Below, one piece after another: positions 54,568 to 63,976 of a DNA stretch of 64,000 nt (positions are counted from its first letter, which is position 1; every line of letters begins with the position of its first letter). Where the stretch lies: the NCBI GenBank assembly GCA_965366045.1, contig CBDUDU010000001.1:20044-84043 (forward strand), read 5' to 3'. The notes under the pieces are model-generated. The model saw only the letters and a list, made by a program, of their open reading frames with translations. It was not told the DNA's origin and made no database searches. The translations under genes and the position numbers were made by a program. Source of the DNA: an uncultured Oceanospirillaceae bacterium. GTDB taxonomy: Bacteria > Pseudomonadota > Gammaproteobacteria > Pseudomonadales > Balneatricaceae.

Positions 54568-55257
54568 ATGTCTGAATTGTTGATGAAACAAGATGCGCCA
54601 ATGGATGCCTACCGGCAGTTGTTCGACGGCATCCTGTCACAGCGCCTTGCTCCGGGTACCAAGCTTAATGAAGTCGAGCTTACGTTGTTGTTTGGGGTAA
54701 GCCGAACACTGATTAGGCAGGCACTTCAGCGCTTGCAGCTTGAACAAGTGGTGGAAATTCATAAAAATCGAGGGGCTTTTGTGGCAGCGCCAAGCCCTGA
54801 TTTGGCACAACAGATTTTATTGGCTCGCCACACCATCGAACTGGCCGTGGTGAACTTGGCCTGCGAGCGGTGCACGGCAGGCGATGTTGAGCAGTTGCAG
54901 CATATGATAGACCTAGAGCAACGCGCTATAGATCAAGGCGATATGGCTACGGCTTTACGCCGGTCTGGTGAGTTCCACTTACAGCTGGCAATAGTGGCGG
55001 GTAACCAGCCGTTTGTGCATGCGTTGCGGGGGTTAATCTCTCAAACCTCCCTCATTATCACTATGTATAGCCATGGCGGCGGTAATGCCTGCGCCAGAGA
55101 TGAACATAGCCTTTTGCTAGTAGCGGTAAGTGCGGGGGATCAACAGCGGGCGCGGCAACAAATGGCCCATCACCTCGGCCATATTGCCGCCGGTTGTGAT
55201 TTCAACCAGAGTCCGCAAGTGGCTAACCTCAAGGGCGCGTTTGCTCACCTTAGCTGA
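54568..55257 (+). CDS. GntR-family (FCD) transcriptional regulator
   Basis: L.PG.KL.E..L...FGVSRT.IRQAL..L, NRGAFV, EH..L..A. Confidence 0.92.
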   Translation: MSELLMKQDAPMDAYRQLFDGILSQRLAPGTKLNEVELTLLFGVSRTLIRQALQRLQLEQVVEIHKNRGAFVAAPSPDLAQQILLARHTIELAVVNLACERCTAGDVEQLQHMIDLEQRAIDQGDMATALRRSGEFHLQLAIVAGNQPFVHALRGLISQTSLIITMYSHGGGNACARDEHSLLLVAVSAGDQQRARQQMAHHLGHIAAGCDFNQSPQVANLKGAFAHLS

Positions 55258-55292
55258 ATATTTAGGTTGCTACGTAGGATCTACCTTTAATG

Positions 55293-56108
55293 TTACTTAG
55301 AGCGTTCCAGCTCTAACACATGGCCATAGCGAGTAAGGGTTTGTTGGTTAATAGCGTAGAGCGAATCCAGTAGGTTCATGTGCATGCTGCCTGGACCTAA
55401 GCTCTTGTTGGCGGCTAGTTCTGCCGCTACACCCATAGTGAGTAGCGCTTGTACCGCAGCGTCAAACGCATCGTGGTCTACGGCCATAAAACACGCCATA
55501 AACGCCGTAGTGGCACAACCCATGGCGGAGATGCGGGTTTGCATTTCGTGGCCATTGGCGATCATGATGGTTTTAACACCGTTAGTGACGATATCCGTTT
55601 CGCCTGTTTGCGCAACCACACAACCTTGCTGTAGAGCCAGCTCTTGAGCTGCCATAGGGCTAGATGATCCAGCCAGTGCTTTGATTTCCATGGCATTGGC
55701 GCGGATAACCTGAGGCCTGAATTGTAATAGCTCTACGGCGTAAGCACAGCGCTTCTTAGACGCATGCACCGAAACGGGGTCCAAAATCCAAGGCTTGGAA
55801 TAGTCGTTGGCGGCCTGAATCGCTGGGCGTATAGCCGCTTTGCGGTTGTTGTCCAAGGTGCCAATGTTGATCACGAGGGAGTTAGTTACTGCAACTAACT
55901 CGGTAATTTCTTCTATACCTAGGGTAAAGCATGAGCCTGCACCTACCGCTAAAATCACGTCTGAAGAAATATCCTGAGCCACGGTGCTGGTAATGCAGTG
56001 CACGCGTGAACGTTTGCGGCTTAGGGCTGCTAATGCTTCGGCTGCACCCTTAGCGTAGTGAGCGGTGAGTTCGTTTTGGTGAGCACTAATCGACAAGCTA
56101 TCTGACAT
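55293..56108 (-). CDS. thiM: hydroxyethylthiazole kinase-like sugar kinase
   Basis: VHCIT, LVINIGTL, WILDPV, IRAN..EI, TGETD, GC..TA; start placed at MSDSL after an AAGGA RBS. Confidence 0.8.
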   Translation of the reverse strand: MSDSLSISAHQNELTAHYAKGAAEALAALSRKRSRVHCITSTVAQDISSDVILAVGAGSCFTLGIEEITELVAVTNSLVINIGTLDNNRKAAIRPAIQAANDYSKPWILDPVSVHASKKRCAYAVELLQFRPQVIRANAMEIKALAGSSSPMAAQELALQQGCVVAQTGETDIVTNGVKTIMIANGHEMQTRISAMGCATTAFMACFMAVDHDAFDAAVQALLTMGVAAELAANKSLGPGSMHMNLLDSLYAINQQTLTRYGHVLELERSK

Positions 56109-56280
56109 GGGTATTCCTTGAGTAAGGTCTGGTGTAGAAAAACTACAAGCTGTGGTTATTCTCTCACAGGCGCCTAACTCAGGAAACAGTGAGCCAAACA
56201 AATCAGGTGGGATAATTCATGCTTTTTTGCCAAACTAGCGCTATGCTTAACCTTTCACATTTATCCACAAGGATTTGTTT

Positions 56281-57213
56281 ATGACAATCGCTGACTTAGG
56301 CCAAAGTTTAACGGCCCTGTTTTTCACCATGGCCGCCATATTGGTTATCTTTAAAGGTATTCGTATGGTGCCCCAAGGCCATAACTGGACTGTTGAACGG
56401 TTTGGTAAATATACCCGTACCTTAACTCCAGGTTTACACTTATTGGTGCCTTTCATCGATGCTATTGGCCAAAAGTTAAATATGATGGAGCAGGTGTTGG
56501 ATGTGGATCCACAAGAAATTATTTCGTCAGACAACGCCCAAGTCATGACCGATGCGGTGTGTTTCTTTCAAATACAAGATGCTGCTAAAGCTGCATACGA
56601 AATTAACGACTTGCACAAAGCTATGCAAACTTTGGTGATGACCAATATTCGTGCGGTGTTGGGTTCTATGGAGTTGGACGAAATGTTGTCTAACCGCGAA
56701 CGCATTAATGGCAGCTTGTTGGCTAAGGTTGATGACGCTACCGACCCATGGGGTGTTAAGGTGACGCGTATCGAGATTAAGGACATTGCACCTCCGCAAG
56801 ATTTGGTGACGGCTATGGCCCGCCAAATGAAAGCCGAGCGTGAAAAACGTGCTCAAATATTAGAAGCCGAAGGCGAAAAAGAAGCAGCTATAAAAGTGGC
56901 TGAGGGCCAAAAGCAGTCTGAAATTCTTAAAGCGGAAGGGCAGTTAGAAGCCGCCAAGCGTGAAGCTGAAGCCCGTGAGCGCTTAGCCGAAGCAGAAGGT
57001 AAAGCCACCCAAGTGGTGTCGGAAGCGATTCAAAATGGTGATTCACGCGCGATTAATTATTTTATAGCCCAGAAATATGTAGATGCTTTAGGTAAACTAG
57101 CAGCATCCGATAACAACAAGGTAATGATGATTCCTCTGGAAGCTAGTAGTGTGATTGGCTCTGTGGCAGGTATCAGTGAACTCGTTAAAGACATGGGTAG
57201 TAAAACGTCATGA
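56281..57213 (+). CDS. SPFH/band-7 protein (QmcA-like)
   Basis: VERFGKY...[36 protein letters not shown]. Confidence 0.93.
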   Translation: MTIADLGQSLTALFFTMAAILVIFKGIRMVPQGHNWTVERFGKYTRTLTPGLHLLVPFIDAIGQKLNMMEQVLDVDPQEIISSDNAQVMTDAVCFFQIQDAAKAAYEINDLHKAMQTLVMTNIRAVLGSMELDEMLSNRERINGSLLAKVDDATDPWGVKVTRIEIKDIAPPQDLVTAMARQMKAEREKRAQILEAEGEKEAAIKVAEGQKQSEILKAEGQLEAAKREAEARERLAEAEGKATQVVSEAIQNGDSRAINYFIAQKYVDALGKLAASDNNKVMMIPLEASSVIGSVAGISELVKDMGSKTS

Positions 57214-57665
57214 TTGAATTTTTTGAAGCCATGCAGTTCTGGCATTGGATAATTTTAGCAATTGTACTGATTGCTGGTGAAGCATTAGGCGCTTCTGGGT
57301 TTCTATTGGGGGCCGTCATGGCCGCCTTGGAAGTGGCTCTGATTACTTACATTTGGCCAGATCTTTCGTGGCAGAAACAAATTTCTTTGTTTGCGGTATT
57401 AGCCTTGCTTTGCTCGGTATGGTTTTGGTACCGCTTTAAGAGCTTTAATCAAACCACAGATCAACCCGAGCTTAATGACCGAGCGGCACAGTTAATAGGC
57501 CGCGAGTTTCCCTTAACTCACGAAATGACCGGTGGTCAGGGTAAAATGCAAGTGGGAGACACCCTGTGGCGCGTCGAGTCAGAAAATAACCTATCTGCTG
57601 GCACCCAAGTTAAAGTGGTGGGCAGCCGTGACATGGTTTTGCTCATCGTTAAATCGGGTAGTTAA
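57210..57665 (+). CDS. NfeD family protein
   Basis: TM N-terminus, LN.R..QLIG, G..QVGDT.W OB-fold; ATGA-coupled to the SPFH gene. Confidence 0.9.
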   Translation: MIEFFEAMQFWHWIILAIVLIAGEALGASGFLLGAVMAALEVALITYIWPDLSWQKQISLFAVLALLCSVWFWYRFKSFNQTTDQPELNDRAAQLIGREFPLTHEMTGGQGKMQVGDTLWRVESENNLSAGTQVKVVGSRDMVLLIVKSGS

Positions 57666-57668
57666 GCG

Positions 57669-57790
57669 CTATTGTTTGTCCCTAATTAGCTGGTCTACGG
57701 ACCAGCGACCGGCACCATAAATCAGAATCACTAACATCATTAATCCCCACAACTGGCGGTCCCAATAACCAGCGTCCCAAATGGCTGGGT
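57669..57790 (-). pseudogene. DoxX family (BufD-like) C-terminal remnant
   Basis: PAIWDAGYWDRQLWGLMMLVILIYGAGRWSVDQLI* with no 5' half. Confidence 0.7.
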
Positions 57791-58182
57791 TTGGTCCACT
57801 CGACTAATCATATGGTCAAGTGATTCTTGTGTGTATGGTAGTGGTAGTAGGTCGTTAAAATAACGGCCGTCGGCGGAAATCCAACTCAAATGTTCAGAAA
57901 TAAGCACGGCTCTATGTCTTCAAATAGCGCTTTTAAGGACTTTATGTGATCTAAGTTTAGCGGGTCGGCAGAGCCTAACGACAGGCCAATACCATGACAA
58001 CTAATGGCGTAGTTATGCCGTATTTTGCGGAGCTGATAGTGCCTCTTGCTGTCTTCTTGAAGGTAGTTTTCGTTGTGTGCTTCTAACCAATTTATACTTG
58101 TTGTTGAGTCCATAAAATGGGCGACATGGGGCTGCCGCAAGCCGATGCCCGTGCCTAATAAGGGTAGGCTTGAATAGGCCAT
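57785..58182 (-). pseudogene. DUF692 / MNIO (BufB-like), frameshifted and truncated
   Basis: GIGLR.PH, W.E.H.ENY, HGIGLSLGS; -1 frameshift near 57899 continues as SEHLSW...YFNDLLPLPYTQESL...VDQTQ and then breaks. Confidence 0.85.
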
Positions 58183-58271
58183 GTCGAACACTCCGAGGTA
58201 TGAAGAAAAAATAGGCAAAAGCAAAATTCCCGTTTAGATAATTTACGGCCTAGACAGGCACATCGGTTTAA

Positions 58272-58532
58272 CTACATTGATGCTAAAGAACCGCCAGTTA
58301 AACGCTCACATACGCCACCAGGAAGTACGATGAATGCATCGCTCTGACCATCTTCAGTTGAATGGCCTACACAGGATGATGTGTTGGTTGCGCAGTGATT
58401 GTGGCCGGCCTTGGCAACGCCGTAACATTTCTCTTTTTCTGCCGCTACAGTCGCAGTTGAAGATAAGGCTACGCCAAGCGCGAGTACACTTGAAAGAGCG
58501 GCTGCTGCAACGATTTTTTGAGAGTTTTCCAT
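58272..58532 (-). CDS. DUF2282 (BufA1-like) periplasmic RiPP precursor
   Basis: signal peptide plus EKCYGVAKAG.N.CA.....C.G...........LP.G.C..L.GGS. Confidence 0.88.
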   Translation of the reverse strand: MENSQKIVAAAALSSVLALGVALSSTATVAAEKEKCYGVAKAGHNHCATNTSSCVGHSTEDGQSDAFIVLPGGVCERLTGGSLASM

Positions 58533-58868
58533 GGGTCTCCCTTTAGTTTTGGGTAACGCTAACGACAAGATTTTCTTGCCTTACAAATAACTACGACGAC
58601 AGTTGAAATATAGATTCAACAAATAACAAATATAATGTAGATCTCCCCCATTAGACGTGAGCTTTGCTACAATCGAACTATTAGAAAGTGGAGAATTCGC
58701 TGCCACACAACCCAGTGTCGTATCAAACTAAGTTGCCTTAGCCATAGCCGCTATCATGCATGATTGAAAATATTTTCAGTTTGGCCATTATCCATTGGTC
58801 GTAGAGATTTTTAAGTATTGTCGTTATATGTCCCCGTTGTTGTGGGGTTTATTTTTTGGGAGTAAGTA

Positions 58869-60119
58869 ATGTTTAACAAGTCAGACCGTATTAGTGACTT
58901 TGACCCGGAGATTTGGTCAGGTATTCAAGAAGAAGAGCAGCGCCAAGAAGATCACGTTGAGTTGATCGCTTCAGAGAACTACACCAGCACCCGCGTAATG
59001 CAGGCTCAAGGTTCTGGCTTAACTAACAAATACGCAGAAGGCTACCCGCATAAGCGTTACTACGGTGGTTGTGAGTACGTAGACAAGGTTGAAGTGTTGG
59101 CTATGGAACGCGCTATGAAGTTGTTTGGCGCAGACTACGTTAACGTACAGCCTCACTCTGGTTCACAAGCAAACGCCGCTGTATACCAAGCCTTAGTTTC
59201 TCCTGGTGATACTATTATGGGTATGAGCTTGGCACATGGTGGTCACTTAACTCACGGTTCCCACGTCAACTTTTCTGGTAAGAACTACAACGCTATCGGT
59301 TACGGCTTGAACGATGCTGGCACCTTGGATTACGATGAAATTCAGCGTTTAGCTACTGAGCATCAACCGAAGATGATCGTGGCTGGTTTTTCTGCATACT
59401 CACAAGTAATGGACTGGGCTCGATTCCGCGTAATCGCAGACAGCGTTGGCGCCTACCTATTTGTAGACATGGCTCACGTTGCTGGTTTGATCGCTACAGG
59501 TCATTACCCTAACCCAATGCAATATGCAGACGTTGTCACTACAACTACTCACAAGACACTACGTGGCCCACGTGGCGGTTTGATCCTTGCTAAAGCTAAC
59601 GAAGCGATTGAGAAGAAGTTGAACTCAGCCGTGTTCCCAGGCCAGCAGGGTGGTCCTTTGATGCACGTTATTGCTGCTAAAGCCGTAGCCTTCAAAGAAG
59701 CGCTAGAGCCTTCTTTCACTGAATACCAAGGCCAAGTCTGTGCCAACGCTAAAGTGATGGCAGAAGTATTCCAGTCTCGCGGTTACAAGATAGTTTCTGG
59801 CGGTACTGAGAACCACTTGATGTTGGTAGACCTTATTGCCAAAGGCATTACTGGTAAGGCCGCTGATGCGGCGTTAGGTAAAGCATTCATCACTGTAAAC
59901 AAGAACTCTGTTCCTAACGATCCTCAGTCCCCGTTTGTGACTTCTGGTATTCGTGTCGGTACACCAGCTATTACTACTCGTGGCTTTGGTGTTGAAGAAG
60001 TTCGCAACCTTACTGGTTGGATGTGTGACGTGATGGACAACATCGATGACGAAGCCCTAAACACGGAAGTACGTGGTAAGGTTTCTGAGCTTTGCGCACG
60101 TTTCCCTGTTTATAAATAA
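58869..60119 (+). CDS. glyA: serine hydroxymethyltransferase
   Basis: [34 protein letters not shown]. Confidence 0.98.
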   Translation: MFNKSDRISDFDPEIWSGIQEEEQRQEDHVELIASENYTSTRVMQAQGSGLTNKYAEGYPHKRYYGGCEYVDKVEVLAMERAMKLFGADYVNVQPHSGSQANAAVYQALVSPGDTIMGMSLAHGGHLTHGSHVNFSGKNYNAIGYGLNDAGTLDYDEIQRLATEHQPKMIVAGFSAYSQVMDWARFRVIADSVGAYLFVDMAHVAGLIATGHYPNPMQYADVVTTTTHKTLRGPRGGLILAKANEAIEKKLNSAVFPGQQGGPLMHVIAAKAVAFKEALEPSFTEYQGQVCANAKVMAEVFQSRGYKIVSGGTENHLMLVDLIAKGITGKAADAALGKAFITVNKNSVPNDPQSPFVTSGIRVGTPAITTRGFGVEEVRNLTGWMCDVMDNIDDEALNTEVRGKVSELCARFPVYK

Positions 60120-60157
60120 ACTCGGAAAAGAGACAAGTAAACTGCGTTTAGCATGTT

Positions 60158-60184
60158 AAAAAGGCCTCTTCTGAGGCCTTTTTT
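60158..60184 (+). terminator. glyA terminator
   Basis: AAAAAGGCCTC-TTCT-GAGGCCTTTTTT. Confidence 0.9.
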
Positions 60185-60200
60185 GTGTGTGAGTGCTGGG

Positions 60201-60291
60201 CGTTATCCTGAACTAAGCCTAAGCTCATCATCCTGAACTTGATTCAAGATCTCAGTAGGCTAGCAGAGATTCCGGCCTACGCCGGAAAGAC
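60201..60291. repeat. REP-like composite palindromic element
   Basis: ATCCTGAACT direct repeat (60205, 60230), ATCCTGAA-CTTGA-TTCAAGAT hairpin, TTCCGGC-CTAC-GCCGGAA hairpin. Confidence 0.6.
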
Positions 60292-60320
60292 TGGAGAGCC
60301 TTTGACGATTCAAAGAGACT

Positions 60321-60942
60321 ATGATTATGCCAAAATTCGAACCGATTCTCGATCAAGCGTTAGCGCGAAAAAAACGGTGAATAAGGACTTGATGCTTTAA
60401 TCTCTGAGCCTTTGTCTGCGCCACGTTTCCTTGAGCAAACGGATGACCGATTTTTTGTCCATGATGACTAAGGTTGTGTTTCAGGCCGGCTTTGTGTGGC
60501 GTGTTATTGACCATAAATGGTCGGATTTTGAAACGGTATTTTTTGGTTTTGATCCCGGAAAAATTATTTTACTAAGTCCAGAGCAGTTAGAAGGATTTGC
60601 TAAGGATGCACGCATCGTCCGTAACTTACAAAAGATAATGACGGTGCCTCATGTAGTCAACTACATTGTCGAGCTGAGTCGTTTACACGGCAGCTATGCG
60701 GCGTTTTTACAGCAGTGGCCTAAGCACGATCTTGCGGGGTTTTATCGGCACTTGAAGCAGGCCGGTAGCCGGCTTGACGGTATGAGTGGGCCACGGATAT
60801 TGCCAATCAGCCTTCCAATAAAAGTGATGTTGCTAAGGTGTCGGATTGTTTTAACCAGTGGCAGGATGAAATGGGTTATTCCTACAATCGGTTAAGCCGT
60901 ATGTGCGCGTGTTCTGTGGGAGAGAATTACACGCCTAAATAG
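60321..60942 (+). pseudogene. DNA-3-methyladenine glycosylase I-like pseudogene
   Basis: DDRFLS.MTK.VFQAGFVW.VI..KW..FE..F.GFDP, IVRNLQKI, GSRL.G; 5' frameshift and stop, internal deletion near 60800, C-terminus resumes in another frame (FNQWQDE...SR..A.SVG). Confidence 0.75.
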
Positions 60943-60961
60943 AAGTGACACCAACGTGTAC

Positions 60962-60989
60962 AAAAAAGGCCTCCATTGAAGCCTTTTTT
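60962..60989. terminator. bidirectional terminator downstream of folD
   Basis: AAAAAAGGC-loop-GCCTTTTTT. Confidence 0.7.
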
Positions 60990-61007
60990 GACGATGAGGT
61001 GCGGTAA

Positions 61008-61889
61008 TTAAGCAGTAGGTAACTCAACGTTGTTATGACGACATGTAGCCACCATTGTGTTGTATAACAAACATGCAATGGTCATGGGGCCAACACCACC
61101 AGGAACTGGAGTGATTGCGCCAGCTACTTTTTCGGCACTTTCAAAATGAACGTCGCCAACTAGCTTGGTTTTGCCTTCTGGTGTTTCGATGCGGTTGATA
61201 CCTACGTCGATTACAGTGGCGCCTGGCTTAATCCAAGAACCTTTAACAAGTTCAGGAACACCTACGGCGGCTACTACGATGTCAGCTTCACGAACTACGG
61301 CTTCAATGTCCTTAGTGCGCGAGTGAGCCACCGTTACAGTACAGCTTTGCTGTAGCAACAAGTTGAACATTGGCTTGCCAACGATGTTAGAACGGCCAAC
61401 AACAACAGCGTTCATGCCCGTAAGGTCACCATGGTAGTCTTGTAGCATCATTAGGCTACCTAATGGAGTACAAGGAATCATGCCTTCGCCGCCAGTAGAT
61501 AACATGCCTACGTTAATTGGGTGGAAGCCGTCTACGTCTTTTGCTGGGTCAATGGCTTCTAGTACCTTGGCAGAATTGATGTGCTTAGGTAATGGCAGTT
61601 GAACCAAAATGCCGTTGATGGCAGGGTCGTTGTTCATGTCATTAATTAAGTTAAGCAAAAACTTTTCTGATGTGGTGTCTTCTAGCTTGTGCTCAATAGA
61701 TGTAATGCCACATTCTTTGGCTTGTTTGCCTTTGCTGCGCACGTACACTTGGCTGGCTGGGTCTTCGCCCACTAGCACAACCGCTAGGCCGGGAACGATG
61801 TTGTGGTCTGCTTTTATAGAAGCGATTTGACCGGTCATTTTTTCACGTAATTTAGCAGCAAACTGCTTGCCGTCAATAAGGTGTGCCAT
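61008..61889 (-). CDS. folD: methylenetetrahydrofolate dehydrogenase/cyclohydrolase
   Basis: [45 protein letters not shown]. Confidence 0.97.
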   Translation of the reverse strand: MAHLIDGKQFAAKLREKMTGQIASIKADHNIVPGLAVVLVGEDPASQVYVRSKGKQAKECGITSIEHKLEDTTSEKFLLNLINDMNNDPAINGILVQLPLPKHINSAKVLEAIDPAKDVDGFHPINVGMLSTGGEGMIPCTPLGSLMMLQDYHGDLTGMNAVVVGRSNIVGKPMFNLLLQQSCTVTVAHSRTKDIEAVVREADIVVAAVGVPELVKGSWIKPGATVIDVGINRIETPEGKTKLVGDVHFESAEKVAGAITPVPGGVGPMTIACLLYNTMVATCRHNNVELPTA

Positions 61890-62281
61890 GATGGGATAGC
61901 TCATGTTGGTGGGTAAAACAGCCGTTTTGAAACCTGTTCAAATACCGACTGACAAATTCGACGTGTATTTTAGCCTAATTTTTATACGCTTGTTAGCGGG
62001 TATGCGCCAAATTAGTGGTCTGAAGGGCTGCTTTGGTAAATTATTTACCTGAATTTGATTCAGGCACCATGGGTAATACTCAAGTAACACAAGGGTTTGG
62101 TCGTGCTATGATGCCGTCTTCCCAAGCGGGTCGCAGATTCGACATGGGTCGCGTTTCGATAATGCTTTGTCGTAGTCGAGTTAGCTCAAAAAGGTCATCC
62201 TAGATAATCTAGCGGCCATTACATCGCCATGTGTTGAATCGTCAATACTAGGCAGTTATTTTCCTGCAGGAGTGGTACCTA

Positions 62282-62980
62282 ATGTCCGATGATCAGTACG
62301 AAGAAGACCTCGACCTCAATAGCCTTAATGATGAAGAGCTTAGTGAGCAGATGCACGACGATCTTTATGATGGTATGGAAGAAGAGATTGCCGAAGGTAC
62401 TAACATACTACTCAGTCGTGGTTGGTCACCTAGCCGAGTGCTAAACGACGCTTTGGTAGCGGGCATGACCATTGTAGGCGTTGACTTCCGAGACGGCATT
62501 TTGTTTGTGCCAGAGGTGTTGATGGCCGCTAACGCAATGAAAGCGGGCATGGCTATCTTACGTCCGTTGTTGGCCGAAACAGGTGCAGAACCTGTGGGCA
62601 AGGCGATTATCGGTACTGTTAAGGGCGACATTCACGACATCGGCAAAAACCTAGTGGCCATGATGTGGGAAGGCGCTGGTTTTGAAGTGATCGATCTAGG
62701 CATCAACTGCCCGGTAGAAAAGTACCTTGAAGCGCTTGAAGAACACAAACCCGATATTTTGGGTATGTCTGCGTTATTGACCACCACCATGCCTTACATG
62801 AAGGTGGTTATAGACACCCTTAAAGAGCAAGGTATTCGTGACGACTTCTTAGTATTAGTTGGCGGTGCGCCACTTAACGAAGAGTTTGGTGAAGCCGTAG
62901 GCGCAGACGCCTATTGCCGCGATGCTGCCGTAGCCGTAGAAACAGCGAAGAAGTTAATCGCTGAAAAACGCGCAGCCTAA
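62282..62980 (+). CDS. stand-alone corrinoid (B12-binding) protein, MtbC-like
   Basis: cap domain plus GTVKGDIHDIGKNLV, GMSALLTTTM, VGGAP. Confidence 0.92.
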   Translation: MSDDQYEEDLDLNSLNDEELSEQMHDDLYDGMEEEIAEGTNILLSRGWSPSRVLNDALVAGMTIVGVDFRDGILFVPEVLMAANAMKAGMAILRPLLAETGAEPVGKAIIGTVKGDIHDIGKNLVAMMWEGAGFEVIDLGINCPVEKYLEALEEHKPDILGMSALLTTTMPYMKVVIDTLKEQGIRDDFLVLVGGAPLNEEFGEAVGADAYCRDAAVAVETAKKLIAEKRAA

Positions 62981-62999
62981 GGCCTTGGTGGGGTAACCC

Positions 63000-63626
63000 A
63001 TGCAGCCAGCTAGCCTGCTTATTATTACATGCGGCGCCATCGCTCGAGAAGTAATGGCTGTTGCTAAGAGTAACGGCTGGCAACATTTAAAAGTCACCCA
63101 AATCCCAGCCGAGTTACATAATCGGCCGGATCAGATTCCTGCGGCCGTTGAAAAACGCTTGCAGGCGTATGCCGCAGATTACGATCATGTATTTGCTGCG
63201 TTTGGGGATTGTGGTACCGGTGGGCGATTGGACAAAGTGCTGGATAAGTACGGTATTCAACGCTTGTCTGGTGCGCACTGTTACGAATTTTTTAGTGGTA
63301 GCGACAATTTCGCCGCCATGGCGGAGCAGGAGTTAGGTACGTTTTACCTAACTGATTACCTGGCTAAGCATTTTGAACAGCTCATCATGGAAGGTATGGG
63401 CTTGAACAAACATCCAAAACTCATTGAGTTGATGTTTGCGCACTATAAAAAGCTGGTATACCTAGTGCAAGACCCCGACCGACAGTTAGATCATTTTGCT
63501 GAGGCGGCGGCTGATAAGCTAGGTTTGGAATATGAACGTGTTGAAACAGGGTACGGCCAAATGGCCCAAGAACTGAGCACGCATTATAGCAATTACACAG
63601 AGCAGGTAATTAAATGGCCAACCTAA
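63000..63626 (+). CDS. DUF1638 domain protein
   Basis: I.CGA.ARE, LHNRP..I, .GDCGTGG.LD, GAHCYEF, GTFYLTD.L. Confidence 0.85.
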   Translation: MQPASLLIITCGAIAREVMAVAKSNGWQHLKVTQIPAELHNRPDQIPAAVEKRLQAYAADYDHVFAAFGDCGTGGRLDKVLDKYGIQRLSGAHCYEFFSGSDNFAAMAEQELGTFYLTDYLAKHFEQLIMEGMGLNKHPKLIELMFAHYKKLVYLVQDPDRQLDHFAEAAADKLGLEYERVETGYGQMAQELSTHYSNYTEQVIKWPT

Positions 63627-63913
63627 TCATCGTCATGTGGCGTGACATTCCCGCCCAAGTTATCGTTAAGCAAGGCCGAAAAAGCGCCAAGCGCCCCCTT
63701 GAAGAACGTTTTGAAAAAGCCGTAGATAAAGCCGCAATGAGAGCGGGCCTTTACGGTAGTGATGGGTATTTGTCGGAATGGCGTCGTGATACCACGAGCT
63801 GTGGAGATGACTTGGAAGCGGTGCTAGAAGCCACGGTCACGCAAATACAAACAGACTACACAGATGAACGCCTAGCCGTGCTAGTTGCAGCTGGCGGCGT
63901 TGCTGAAAAATAG
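63614..63913 (+). CDS. 'virulence factor' family small protein of corrinoid clusters
   Basis: WRDIPAQV, L.ERFE.A.D.AAM, YL.EWRR. Confidence 0.8.
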   Translation: MANLIIVMWRDIPAQVIVKQGRKSAKRPLEERFEKAVDKAAMRAGLYGSDGYLSEWRRDTTSCGDDLEAVLEATVTQIQTDYTDERLAVLVAAGGVAEK

Positions 63914-63976
63914 CCGATAATTAGCTGAATCATTGGTTGCAAAACCAGTGTTATTTTCTTTTTTGGAGAAGTACCT

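Noticed and set aside
56109-56280. TPP riboswitch upstream of thiM
   Set aside because: ACCTGAT and CTGAG occur, but in the wrong order, and the conserved 3' GCGTAGGGAA segment is missing
62160-62200. SAM-II/V-like riboswitch (AGCTCAAAAAGG)
   Set aside because: No matching 5' stem or pseudoknot, and it is about 85 nt from the start codon instead of overlapping the RBS
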